The notes under the pieces: generated by a model
Told to the model about the DNA's origin: nothing
What the model saw: only the letters and a program-made list of their open reading frames with translations
Databases searched by the model: none
Translations under genes and position numbers: made by a program
NCBI GenBank assembly: GCA_012295275.1
Contig: CM022672.1
Coordinates: 1,674,001-1,738,000 of the forward strand
Direction: 5' to 3'
DNA: 64,000 bases
From: Chrysomallon squamiferum
Taxonomy: Eukaryota; Animalia; Mollusca
Part shown: piece after piece, positions 33,617-47,305 of the stretch
How positions within the stretch are numbered: position 1 is the stretch's first letter
Layout: each line of letters opens with the position of its first letter

Positions 33617-34246
33617 CTATCCAAAAGCTGAAAAATAATCAAATGGAAGTAACTGAACCTGTAGAACTTTCAGAAGAAAAAGAACCTAATATAGTTTCAC
33701 TCTGATGATAAAAATTAGTATAAAAATGTTCACATTCAATCTTTCTTTGTGTTACTAACTTGTTACTGCATTGACTGAATGTGCATTTGATATTTTAAAA
33801 TAATGATATATTATTTGCATTGTCTTTTAGGACATTAGTGATTTCTGTTTTAGAAATTAATATAAGTTTGTCTGCATTACTGGCATTGTTTGTGTTTCAT
33901 CTGTCAAATTAAAAAACGAAAAATCAGAGCTTTGTCTCTTAATGTTGAAATTATTTTATTACAAAATGTGAAACTAAACAAGATCAGTGCAGTACAGTAA
34001 TTCTGTGAGATAATAAAACTGTCATGTACTAGTTAACTGTGTATATATATCACTGAAAACTGTAATTAAAAAAATAATAACAAAATAAATAAATAAACAG
34101 CTCTTATTAACTATATGAAAACAATTTATCATACTATTATAATAAATTAATTAATATAAATAATATAATAAAATTATTCACATCAAAGATGATATTTATT
34201 TTATTTTATTTCCTATTTTTAAAATATTCATAATAATCAAATAATC

Positions 34247-34340
<94 letters not shown>

Positions 34341-37300
34341 TGACCATCTTATTTTAAATTAAGATAATAGATTTTCATTCTACAACATACAGTACATAAA
34401 ATGTACCCAAAATCAAAGTTAAATTCAAAGAAGTTAAAAGTGAAATCTTACTTACCCTTTTCTTTCAAACCCTTGTTATAGTTTCTCAACACTATGACAG
34501 CTATAACTATTACTGCAATTCTTGTCACCAGAGCCAGTACTCCACATGCAATTGTACTAGATGCCAGGGAAGATGAAACAGCCAGGTTCTGAATGGACTG
34601 AAAAAAAAACCCACATAAAATAATTTTATTGTCATGTATAATTTTCTTTTCTGAAACGTCCTGTATAATTTTTGACTACTAGTAACATCCTGTTTTCAGC
34701 TTAGGAAGATGAAAATTGGAATATCGAAGCTTTACAGTTGAGAGATAAGAATGGATTTAAAGAATTTCATCAGTGGAAGATTTAAGACTAATAATACAGA
34801 GAAGACATACCTTGATAACCTTGTAAAGAATGTATCCAATTTCAACTGGACTTGCAGCAAGAAACACATAAGTTCCAATCTTGTTTTCTTTTCGCACCTG
34901 TTTAGAAATGAGAACTATTGAGTATCTACATGTTGAATAATTCAAATGAATGACAAAATGACCAAAACATTCTCCGAAAAGGACTCATCTACACTGAGAT
35001 GTCATAAACAAAAACATTTGTTATCAATCCATAAACTATAAAATTATATTTTGGGTATTTTCAAAGAATGCTTTCAGTGGGCATACCCTCTGATATAACT
35101 TCAAAGTTCTGCCCAAAGTAATCATAGGTCAGTCAGTGTTTCTTAACCTCAAAGTTCTGTACAAACTAATTGTATGTTAATATGTGCCTCAACCTCGAAG
35201 TTCTGTCCAAAGTAATCATAGATCTCTGTGTTTCAACATCAAATTTCTGTACAAAGTAATCGTAGTGTTTCTGAACCTCAAATTTCTGTACAAGGTAATC
35301 ACATATCAGTGAGTATGTCTCAACCTCAAATTTCTGTACAAAGTAATCATAGGTCAGTCAGTGTGTCTGAACCTCAAATTTCTGTACAAAGTAACCAAAG
35401 GTCACTCAGTGTGTCTCAACCTCAAATTTCTGTACAAAGTAAACATAGGTCAATCAGTGTGTCTCAACCTCAAATTTCTGTACAAAGTAAACATAGGTCA
35501 GTCAGTGTGTCTCAACCTCAAATATCTGTACAAGGTAACTGTATGTTAGTAAGTGTCTTAACCTCAAATTTCTGTACAAGGTAATAGGTCAGTCTGTGTG
35601 TCTCAACCTCAAATTCTGTACAAAGTAATCATAGGTCAGTCAGTGTTTCTTAACCTCAAGTTTCTGTCCAAAGTAATCATAGGTCAGTCAGTGTGTCTCA
35701 ACCTCAAATTTCTGTACAAATTAACTGTATGTTAGTAAGTGTCTTAACCTCAAATTTCTGTACAAGGTAATAGGTCAGTCAGTGTGGCTTAACCTCAAAT
35801 TTCTATACAAAGTAATCATAGGTCAGTCAATGGGTCTCAACCTCAAATTTCTGTACAAATTAACTGTATGTTAGTAAGTGTCTTAACCTCAAATTTCTGT
35901 ACAAGGTAATAGGTCAGTCAGTGTGTCTGAACCTCAAATTCTGTACAAAGTAAACATAGGTCAGTCAGTGTTTCTTAACCTCAAGTTTCTGTCCAAAGTA
36001 ATCATAGGTCAGTCAGTGTGTCTGAACCTCAAAGTTCTGAACAACGTAATCATAGGTCTGTCAGTGTGTCTCAACCTCAAAATTCTGTCCAAAGTAATCA
36101 TAGGTCAGTCAGTGTGTCTGAACATCAAATTTCTGTACAAAGTAATCATAGGTCAGTCAGTGTGTCTCAACCTCAAAATTCTGTCCAAAGTAATCATAGG
36201 TCAGTCAGTGTGTCTGAACCTCAAATTTCTGTACAAAGTAACCAAAGGTCACTCAGTGTGTCTTAACCTCAAATTTCTGTACAAAGTAAACATAGGTCAG
36301 TCTGTGTGTCTTAACCTCAAGTTTCTGTCCAAAGTAAGCATAGGTCAGTCAGTGTGTCTTAACCTCAAAGTTCTGTACAAAGTAATCATATGTCAGTCTG
36401 TGTCTTAACCTCAAGTTTCTGTCCAAAGTAATCATATGTCAGTCTGTGTGTCTTAACCTCAAAGTTCTGTACAAAGTAATCATATGTCAGTCTGTGTCTT
36501 AACCTCAAGTTTCTGTCCAAAGTAATCATAGGTCAGTCAGTGTCTTAACCTCAAAGTTCTGTACAAAGTAATCGTAGGTCAGTCTGTGTCTTAACCTCAA
36601 GTTTCTGTCCAAAATAATCATAGGTCAGTCTGTGTGTCTTAACCTCAAAGTTCTGTACAAAGTAATCATATGTCAGTCTGTGTCTTAACCTCAAGTTTCT
36701 GTCCAAAGTAATCATAGGTCAGTCAGTGTGTCTTAACCTCAAAGTTCTGTACAAAGTAATCATAGGTCAGTCTGTGTCTTAACCTCAAATTTCTGTACAA
36801 AGTAATCATAGGTCAGTCAATGGGTCTCAACCTCAAATTTCTGTCCAAAGTAACTGTATGTTAGTAAGTGTCTTAACCTCAAATTTCTATACAAAGTAAT
36901 CATAGGTCAGTCAATGGGTCTCAACCTCAAATTTCTGTCCAAAGTAACTGTATGTTAGTAAGTGTCTTAACCTCAAATTTCTATACAAAGTAATCATAGG
37001 TCAGTCAATGGGTCTCAACCTCAAATGTTTGTCGAAAGTAACTGTATGTTAGTAAGTGTCTTAACCTCAAATTTCTGTACAAAGTAATCATAGGTCAGTC
37101 AATGGGTCTCAACCTCAAATTTCTGTCCAAAATAGCTGTATGTTAGTAAGTGTCTTAACCTCAAATTTCTGTCCAAAGTAATCATAGGTCAGTCAGCATT
37201 ATGCAATTTCTTTTATATGAAAGAACACTCACAGTCCACTGTCCCAGCACAAACCAGGCAATGGTGATGATTCCACCAACAACCAGTATGACAACATCCT

Positions 37301-37411
37301 TCGTGTCGACTTCCATGCCAGTGCTCAGAATTAGTATTACCATACTAGCCTAGAAAATAGGACCAAACAAACAGTGACCGTCTGATTTTAAATAAATATT
37401 ATGATGTTAAT

Positions 37412-37451
<40 letters not shown>

Positions 37452-37657
37452 GACATGCATATAACATATGCAAGATAGTCACATACAGACAAACTGTTAT
37501 GTATATATATATATATATGTCTTTTATGTATGTGTGTATGTGTGTGTATTCAGACAGGTTTTATTGTTATCATCATCATTGGTTTCATTACTGTTTATTA
37601 TTATCATTGATATTATTAGCATCATCAAACTGTTTTCATCATTATCATCATCATCAT

Positions 37658-37692
<35 letters not shown>

Positions 37693-38795
37693 TTATCACT
37701 TACACTAAGCTGAAGATCAAATGTAAGAAGATCAAAGAACATCAACATTGTTTTACACATAGACTGTAATTCTCCGTTGGCGCCAACAATTCTGAAAACC
37801 AGATGTCCAGAAAGAAAGTAATCCTTCCCGATCCATCCTCCAAGACCAATAACAACTGGACAGAGGACAAAAGCCACAATCAAACGCACCTGAGGTAAAA
37901 ATAAAAATAAAAATATTGATAAAAAAAAATGAATTAATTAATATGTGTGTTTGTAAATAATGAATAAAATATACGACAAGAATTATGTATATACTGAGAG
38001 TATTTTATTTATTTCTTCTTAAGATTTTGCATTCACGTATTTGCTGGTTTAAGGACCCATTCAAACCAAACCCACGCGCTTTTGTACGCGCCTACACAGC
38101 TCAGAAAAAAAAAAAAAAAAAAAACAAGAAAAACATTAAAAAAAGAGATTGGCTACGACACTGTGTTCTTGTTTTTGTCGAGGGAACTACCTAGGTTTAT
38201 CGTTTTCTTTCCCTACACTAACATTTCACAGTGTTAAATAACTGATGCGGTAACTGATTACAATATTCATTGCATTCAGTGTAATATGATGTTAAAAACC
38301 GACTGCGCAGTGTTAGTTTTTCCATCTCCAATATTACTGAAAGCAATTGCTATTTAGGGCATTTTGTGTATTTCTAGAAAGGTTATTATTTTTTATTTAG
38401 AAATAATCTGAATTTTAATACTTTTAATATATTTTTAGTATTTTTACTTTGGTTGCACGGGCTTTTGAGAAATAATAAAATGCAGTTATTATACAATGTG
38501 CAGAAAATGTGTTGCGCTGAAGTGTTCATGCAAGGTCTTTTCAAAGTAAATACGTGAATGCAACTTAAGCGGAAATTAACAAAAGTAAAAATGTTTAAAA
38601 TCGTTCATGTGATATAACCTCGATGTTTAACATAAACCACTTTGCTACGCCCAATGAATACAAGGTAAAAAAAAAAAAAAAAAAATGAAAAGCAAAATGA
38701 AAGAATAAAATGTCTTTATTAGCTTCATTCGATACTATTCAGATATTTTGTTAATCGACTACTTATAAATGACGGAAGAGTGTATTTCAAAAATG

Positions 38796-38871
<76 letters not shown>

Positions 38872-40700
38872 TCGAAAAAAAAAAAAAAAGGCTAAATTTA
38901 TAATAACACTTTATCTAAAGGCAAAAGATGAAACTTGAAACAGTTTTCAAATATTTTAAAATGTTTCAGAGTCTGCGTTAGTAGGAATTACATAAGTGTA
39001 GCTTACCAGTTTTATTGTACCCTTTTTGCCGATGGCGTAATTCAAAGTGAGATACAGTAAAATCAAAAATGTTGCTAAAACCAAAATGAAGATTTCGTAT
39101 GGACGTTCATTGAGGATTCCATGGATAATGTAAAATAAACAGAAAACTGAAGAAAAAAAAAGAATAAAAAAAGAGAAAAGATATAAATTACATATTAACG
39201 AAGTTTGTTTTAACGCTAACAATACAATGTTTTGGGGGCTACTATATTTTTTTTTTTTTTTCTATTTTTTCAATTTTTTTTATTATTATTATTTTTTTTT
39301 GGGGGGGGGATTTATGATTCTGAATTTTTTTTTATCTATTTATTATTATTATTATTATTTTTATATATAGGGTATTTTTTCCCCTTATCCTTTACTTTTT
39401 ATTAATATTATTACCAGTACTGTAGTAGTAGTAGTAGTGGTAGTAATAGTAAAAGTAGTTGTAGTAGTAAAGGTAGCAGGAGTAGAACAACGCATATGTT
39501 ATATATATACTAGATCAGATAGTAATAAATAAGTGATGACTCGCATGCAAGTAGAGACTACTGTCCACAATACATATAAACACATTTCATACATGCTACT
39601 AACTGACCTGTATTTAGGAGGAGGACGACAGCAAATGTGAAATCGGTGTCCGACCTGCTGACAGTGGCTAGTTTATAGACTGTGAAAATAGCTGTTATTA
39701 ACAATGAGACGCACGTGACTCCCAGAAATATGCGCTCTTTCCATTCAGTATCTTTGATGTTTCTCGACTGAAAACAAACAAACACATCAAGAAACAAACA
39801 AACAAATAAATAAATAATTTTTTTTTTTTTTTTTTTCAGCTGGTGGAGAGGATTGGTTTGTAAAGTCTGAAAGTAGAACTTTGGTATTAACAATGCACTC
39901 ATAATATTTGAATCCCTAACCCGCTATTTCAAAGCCATATGATATATATTTTAATCTACAGCTATATGATATATATTTTAATCTATAGCTATATCATTAT
40001 ATGGCATTCAAGTATGCCTTTCTTCTCCAACTTTCACTTTAGAAGATAAAAATCATTATATAGCTTGCTTCCTAACACAACAGTAAACATTATTAAATAA
40101 TTGTTCAAACGAATCTACTGATAATGTTTCCATAAATACTCATTATACAATCACATATTTCTAGGGATCACTTTCTAATAGTGCAAACAAAATTAATTTG
40201 TATAAATTACATCCCGTTTTATCCTAATGCTATGTTTGAAAAAAAAAAAAAAAAATTCAGCAGTTAAAAGGATGTACATAAATTCAACTAAAAACTGAAA
40301 AACAAAACAAACAGAACAGCAACATTGGAATTATTATTATTATTAAATAAAAACTAAATAAAGAGAATTTAACAAAAATAGAATAACTTTTCAGTTTACA
40401 ATTTGACAAAAATTCTGTGTTAATGCTGGCATAACCGCTCTGTATCATCGAAATTCAGGGTCATAATTATTTCCGTGTTGTTCATACTAGGAATTACATA
40501 CAATAGTATAACATGCACCGGCCACACGTTTAACATGGGTCAATTTAAACAGTCCTTACCTTTCCTAACACTGTATTTTCCAGCTGAGGACCGGTCGGTA
40601 TTCCCAGGTCTGCAAACGACAGTGATGGTTTTTTGTCATCGTTGTCGGCATTGGTTGATCCGTATGAATTTGCCGGATCGGTCGTACCATCCTCAGACAT
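33617..40700 (-). CDS. Uncharacterised multi-pass (~8 TM) membrane protein, paralog B, 327 aa
   Basis: Exons 40700-40560 (MSEDGTTDPANSYGS...), 39767-39608, 39146-39007, 37889-37704, 37349-37233, 34897-34811, 34597-34456 and 33627-33617 (TAG), 984 nt in total. All internal exon lengths and phases are identical to paralog A, with no internal stops. Confidence 0.85.
35096..37197 (+). repeat. 48-bp minisatellite, about 44 units, in intron 5 of membrane-protein paralog B
   Basis: Unit AACCTCAAATTTCTGTACAAAGTAATCATAGGTCAGTCAGTGTGTCTY, with 16-aa periodicity in the ORF track. A second unit variant carries ACTGTATGTTAGTAAG. Confidence 0.95.
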
Positions 40701-41458
40701 GGTTTAAGTTAGAAAGTGACCTACTTACCACGACGAATGACATGAATGTGTGTGTGCTTTTATCTGCGTATCCGGGTACGAACTGTTAATAATTGCACTG
40801 GTGACAAGGCATCTGTAACAGCTAGAGTTTAACCGATATGCCGCTGTATAATTAGAAGCAGTGTAGGTCTTATTATATATATATATGTATGTATGTATAT
40901 ATGTATGTATGTATATATGTATATATGTATATTTGTATTTATTTATTTATTTATTTAGTTATTATTGTTGTTGTTGTTGTTATTATTATTACTACTACTA
41001 TTTATTACTACTAGAGTTATGTCAGGAAGTATGTGTTCAGTATTAAATAAAACAAACTAGTATTTAGTGAAGGAAATCGCATTTTAACTGCCAATCTAGT
41101 CTTTCCGTTTTCCACAAATGTAACTCATAATTTAATAATTTTGTTTCTTTGTATTTTGTACGCTTGTAAACTGATATTTTAATATAGATTTGAATTTTTT
41201 TAAATACACACAGTCACACACACACACATATATATATATATGCGCACATATACGTATTCTATATTCTTGGTATTAGAGGTATTAGAAGTAGTAGTAGTAC
41301 TAGTAACAGTAGTAGTAGTAATAATAACAACAACAATAATAATAATAATTTTAGTAGTAGTAGTAGTAGTAGAAGTAGTAGTAGTAATGGCGACGATTTA
41401 TTTACGAGTCAGCATAATCAAAGGAATAGTTTTATGTATTTGTTACGTTTTGCCTAAG

Positions 41459-41505
<47 letters not shown>

Positions 41506-43803
41506 TAATTGTTTTGTTGTTTAAACACGACTGTTACAGTCTAATTAGCTAGTCCTGTGTTAAACAAGATTGCTCGTATCATCAATCGGCGACACGATTC
41601 GATCCTGCACCTGGCTGTTTGTTATTTGTTCCATATTTCCAGCACCATGAAAATAAAATGAACAAAAAACGTTATTATAATCTATTTTTTTGTTGTTTTT
41701 TTATTTTCCTTATGTATAATTATTTATTGCATTATAATAGATGGACGGGATAAAAGCGACCAGAGCGAAATACAGAAAGTATCATTCTTTGGAGTTCAGC
41801 AACATATGTTTATTTGCATAAATAATGTTAGTTCATGGCTACATTAGTGATACCGCAATTAAACAAATGTTCACAGCTTGTGTTTACTGTTGGTTTCCTA
41901 CAATGCAGAAGACATCATTATAAATGTAACTGATAATGACTAATTTACTGAGTCCATTATATAACTGCAAAACATTTCAGAATAAAGAAGAGTTCAAATG
42001 ATTGGCCGCTCACGTATGGCTTTGTTCCCACGACACCAAGCTGATAACCGATTTTTTTTTTTTTTTTTTTTTTTTTTTCAGATAATAATTATGTCTTCAA
42101 AATAATTATTTTATTGTTTATAAAGTCTGAACCTGTTTTCTGTTGGGCAAAAACGGAAGTTAGGGGGCGCACTACACTTGCCTTAGCATAGGCATCCAAC
42201 GCTAGTCGTATGTTATGTAGTCTTGAAACACCGAGTCAACCACTAGCTTAATCACAGATTATCATTCTGTTGATTACTAACATATATCACTGGTATACAT
42301 AATTTTCTGAACCCCGTCATATATAATGACAGCTCAATCCTTGCTCTGAATTGACACTGTATACGTTTCGAGCATGAGTAAAACTACGATTGGTGAAAAT
42401 AAATGTAAGCAATTCCCTGTCATTGCATGATCTTTTCATGGTCAGTTGAAATATTGTTGTATTTTCGGCTACTCTGAAGACTAGCTGACGGTGACATATA
42501 CAGATTATGTCAAGTAGGACACGTGCTGAGCGCCACTAAGTTTTTTCTCTTAAAGTAGACCAGTTTTATGGTAAAGTTATCTAAAAGATGGGTGTCAAAA
42601 CAATTCATTTGTCTTTGTGTGTAACAGGCAAAAACTTTGTAATGACCCATTTCAAAGAGAGGAATTGAGAAGACTAAAACAAAAACATTTAATAACAGAC
42701 TTTTAACATGTTGAGTTGCACCAATACTGTAATAACAAAATGTTAACTTTAAAATGAAAAACACAGCACTGAGGACACCAGTTTATTATAATGATTTAGT
42801 AACACAAGTCTCCACTAACGTGAAAAAGATTGCTCCACAAATAAAGGTAGTTGAGTAGAAAGACTACTTACAGACACTCAGGGTGTGTCTAGCATTTCAG
42901 ATGTAAGGAAAACAGAAGCCATGTTACTGTAACAAGTGGTAATAGAGAATAATGTAGCGTCAAATAATGCTACTGCCAAGACAACAGTCAAATAATGCTA
43001 CTGTCAAGATGTGACACAACTACAAGTAAACAAAACACTGATGTAAAACCCACAGGTCAACTATGCACCAATATCTGAAGGTGTCAAAGCCATCAGGCAA
43101 CTAGAATTGCCTGTAACATCATTAGCTGCATTCAAAGGCAATAGGCAAATGCATTCAAGCACCAAATATTTTAGGGTGCCAAAAGCTGAATGTAACACAA
43201 CATCATTATTTTAAGTACTAAAATTCTGGGCATGATACCAAAGAGAATAAATTAGTAGTTCTATTTAGTTTCACTCTCAAGGTTCAGCCATGATTCCAAA
43301 GAACATAATGTCACTTTAGCAATACATCAAAATTGCCAAGTATCACTATGCTATTACAATAAATGAAAATTGCCAAATAACAGTGTCCTCTCTGACAATG
43401 TAGAAATACTGCCAAATATCAGAGCTGAATATGACAATATATGAAGATAGCCAAATAACACTATGTCAACTCTTAGATCAAAGAAGATTGTCACATAACA
43501 TAGTGCCATCTGACAATACACAAATATTGCTAAAAACATAGTGCCAACTCTGACAATACATAACTGTTGTTTATTTAGTTTATTGCTAACAGTTACATTC
43601 ATGCATGTCCATACATTTATTTTCAGGCACCAATTCTTTTTATTTCTTAAAATCTCTTATACAATTAACATGTTCATAGAAGTCCTTAATTTCATGGTAA
43701 ATTCAGACACAGTGGCCTGCCAAATCATCTGATTTTTGTCACATTAACTGATTTTTTTTTGTAACTCCTTGGACCATATCCATTTTAGCTATGCACTGCT
43801 TTT

Positions 43804-43964
43804 TTATTTTTAAAAGAAAATGTCACCAAGTTGTTCTCTGAATGAAAATGTTTGCATTACTGTATTGGCAATTGGTAATGTTATTTTTAAAAGAAAATGT
43901 CACCAAGTTGTTCTCTGAATGAAAATGTTTGCATTACTGTATTGGCAATTGGTAATGTTATTTT
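43804..43964 (+). repeat. Perfect 77-bp direct tandem duplication just downstream of the MRRF stop codon (probable 3' UTR)
   Basis: TTATTTTTAAAAGAAAATGTCACCAAG...GGCAATTGGTAATG starts at both 43804 and 43881. Confidence 0.9.
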
Positions 43965-44020
43965 ACTGTAATGTTAAAAATACTAATAAAAAGTAACAGC
44001 TTCCTTTTACATCTCTGTAT

Positions 44021-46541
44021 TCATTTGCTTCCTCCCAACAGGTCCTGCTGTTTAGCTTGCATCATTTTTTCAATTTCTTCACTGTGTTTATGGACTGTGT
44101 TCAAAATCTGGAATATAAAAAATAAAAATAATAAAACATTTTTTTTTTTTTAAATTTACTAAAATAATATAAATGTCACTTAAATATCAACAGTATCCAA
44201 AATTATTAAACAGATTTAAGAGATATATCCTAACAATATTTTGAAATTGTCATATAAGATATTACCAAATAATAAGAATAATGTTTTTTTTTTTTTTTTT
44301 ATTTATTTGTAAAGATTGTTTTAATCTATTATCATCTTATGATGCAAAGAGAAATTATTATAGTTTACTCAAGCTTACTTTGAATCTTAACTCTGAAATA
44401 AATCCTAAAACTGGCTAATTCTTAAATTAATCATAAACCATAAATGTGATCACAGCAAAATACATATAATATTTTTCCTTTTCTTTTCTCTTTGTGTGTG
44501 AGTGTGCGTTTGTCATGAACTATACTATAAAACTGAAGATAAATGAAAAATAACACAAGAAAAAATTTACCGTTTCTTTAACATTTCTTATCAAGTCCTC
44601 AGAATGATCCTTGGATCCCTTTAACTTGCGAGTGTATTTATTTCCAATATCTCGCAGTTTGGTTTTGGCTTTGTCACACTGATTCTTTGCAGCTTTTGCC
44701 AGAGTTTCACGATGTTCTCTCGTCACCCTGGTAATTGAGAAACCAAATAAAACATTTAATAAAAATAAAAAATAAAAACAAACAAAAATCAAAATACTTG
44801 CTGAATTTCATTGTCCATCTGGCAAATTTCATTCGTTTAAAAATCTTTAAATGTCTTGGGGACTGCTGGAGTTTTATTATTCTCTACCGCATCACATTCA
44901 CTGTGGTCTTTACTGAAATTTGTTTTCAGTATTTTTAACAATTAAGTTACTTAAATTGCTCCAGCATCTGTTTTACCCACTTAACTTGATTAAAATTTTA
45001 CTTACTTTGGTATTGGTAGAAAAATCGTGGTTCCATCTTGTTGTGGATTCACATTGAGTCCTGATGAAGAAATAGCATCTTTCACAGCAGGAATGTACTG
45101 AAACATTAGAAATCAGTAAGCATTATTAGATCTCGCATATATCTCATCCTAGTGACATTGATGTTTGTTTTTAAGAAAGCAGTATAAAAACTTCATGATA
45201 AAAAATATCACTTTAGGTACAACTTAAAAAGGAAAAATTCATTTATAGGGGGAAAAAACCAACAAAAAAAACCCAGGTTATTTTAAATTTGATAAATCTT
45301 CATTTCATACCCATCTTTAAACAAGTGCATGATTATCTACTTGGATAAATGCTACATTAACTTTTTTTTTCTTTTTGTGTGTGCTTATGTGTAAGAGAAA
45401 TGAAATAATTGTACACCGACAGAAAGAGTATTTCTTAAAACTAGGCAATATTTCCATTTTCCCACTTGTTATCTTTTCTTTCAATAATACATGTTCAGTT
45501 TAAATATTATTATCTAGTTTTTCATTCTGTATATTAAATCAAAACAAAAGCTGTAGTTATCTCTCCCTCTCTATCTATATTGTGAAAATTGAAGGGGTCT
45601 AGAAATAAGGTAACATCCATATTATCAAAAACACCTCCCAAGTTATTTTACATCTGTATGAATCACAAATGAACAATTCTGTTATTTTGACCAAATTCAT
45701 ATTCATTATATAATTAAAAAGAAATAGCTGTAGGATTTTTATTCCAAAACCAGCCAGTATAAATTTGAAATGACTGCAAACGATGTGTTCAGCACCTGTG
45801 GTGAGGCAGCCATGTTGATGAGGATTAGCTGTGGATTCTTCTGCACAATTTGTCCAAGCTGGATGAGAGGAAACTTGCCATCATCTGTGTTCACAACTAA
45901 CGAGTCAAATGCCCCTATGTAATTACAAAAGTAAACATTTCTGAAATGTACATAGAGATTCAATAAATTTTGAAAAATGAAACTACTTAAAGCTGTTGAA
46001 TTATAAAGTTGTTTTTACTGTAATAATGCACAGCTCGAGATGTGAGAGCTAAAGGCTGTATTACATTCATGCATCAGAAAACAATTTCGAAAAGGCTAGA
46101 AAGGGATTAAAAGCAAACATATATGTTTTAATCAAAAATTAAAATGATGTCTATGTAAACAAAACTCTTAGTGGCAGTTACCATCTATTTAACAAAAAAT
46201 CTGATATAGTAGACTGTATTTAATGTTTTCTGGATCTTCACCAATTATGTGTGTTCTCTCACTTAATTTCAAAAGTTAAAGAAACAAACTATTACCTGAT
46301 GTAGTTCTTAATACCAGCTGATGAATAAAAATATCCTTAAGATCCTTAATAACGTGATCCATTTCTTTCTGAACTGTATCCATGTCAATCAGTCCCTCCA
46401 TTTCCTCAGTACTTAGCTCTACAGCCTTGTGGCCATGTTTACCAACTAAATAAATTATATAATAATATTTTGATTACCAAAAACAAACAAAAAATTAAGA
46501 TATTGTTCAATGTCCAAAAAATAAATAAATAAATAAAAAAA

Positions 46542-46576
<35 letters not shown>

Positions 46577-47273
46577 ACTTGCTTTACCATTTGGTAAAAA
46601 TACTTCATAATTGAAATACATTTATAAAAAATAAACTGAACAGTTTAAGAGAAGAAAAAAAAGAGATTAAAATGAATATTAAAAGAAGGTAAAATTATAA
46701 AATGCACAGAGAAATTGAAAAATAATAAAAAAAATAAATAAAAATAAATAATAAAGATAAAATTAAAAAATATTAAATAAATCAATGGATAATATTTATC
46801 AGTTATAAGGAAAAAAAATATTAATTAAAGTCAGATTTCAAAAATACAACCTTATTTATAATTAGTCTTTTTTCTTTCTTTCTTTGCAGTGACCCATTTT
46901 ATATATTGTTACTTTAATATTAATAAAAATATTACATAAATCAAATACCTGAAAAATATCTGTATCTAGCTAATAAAAAAAAAAAAAATACTGAACTGTT
47001 CCTTTTGACAAAACATCAAAATAAAATAAATTAAAAGAAATTTAATATAACAAACTTTTCTCTTTCTTTGCCTTCTTAGAATAACTTCTGGTTACACACC
47101 AAGATATTGGTTGTTGTGATGGTGATGCAATGGTTGCAGTTTGTCTGCAGTCCATCAAAGCAGTGCCAGCTGATGTTAGTCTTAAAAAACGAGCTGACTG
47201 CAAAGTATTGACAGTTCTAAAATTCATAACTTGCACCAGTCTCTTAGCAACATCCAAAATGCCTCTCTTTGTT

Positions 47274-47278
<5 letters not shown>
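44021..47278 (-). CDS. MRRF: Mitochondrial ribosome recycling factor, 6 coding exons, 275 aa
   Basis: Exons 47278-47056 (basic, Ser/Thr-rich transit-peptide-like N-terminus), 46445-46296, 45914-45796 (GAFDSLVVNTDDGKFPLIQLGQI), 45097-45006 (SSGLNVNPQQDGTTIFLPIP), 44727-44571 (VTREHRETLAKAAK..SEDLIR) and 44107-44021 (KQQDLLGGSK*). Total 828 nt in frame, with typical RRF motifs. Confidence 0.95.

Positions 47279-47305
<27 letters not shown>

Larger units (their letters stand above)
28638..43225 (+). repeat. Tandem segmental duplication, copy B (~14.6 kb)
   Basis: Collinear with 14266-28637. Its right end (CAACATCATTATTTTAAGTACTAAAATTCT, ~43198-43227) matches the sequence just before the junction (CAACATAATTATCTTAAGTAATAAAATCCT, ~28612-28641). 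Confidence 0.95.

Noticed and set aside
35096-37197. Regular array that might suggest a CRISPR locus, and repetitive ORFs (35228-35584, 35923-36408) that might suggest a repeat protein
   Set aside because: There are no unique spacers and no cas genes, and the context is a eukaryotic intron. The ORFs follow from a 48-bp (multiple of 3) unit and are repeatedly broken by 46-47-bp units.
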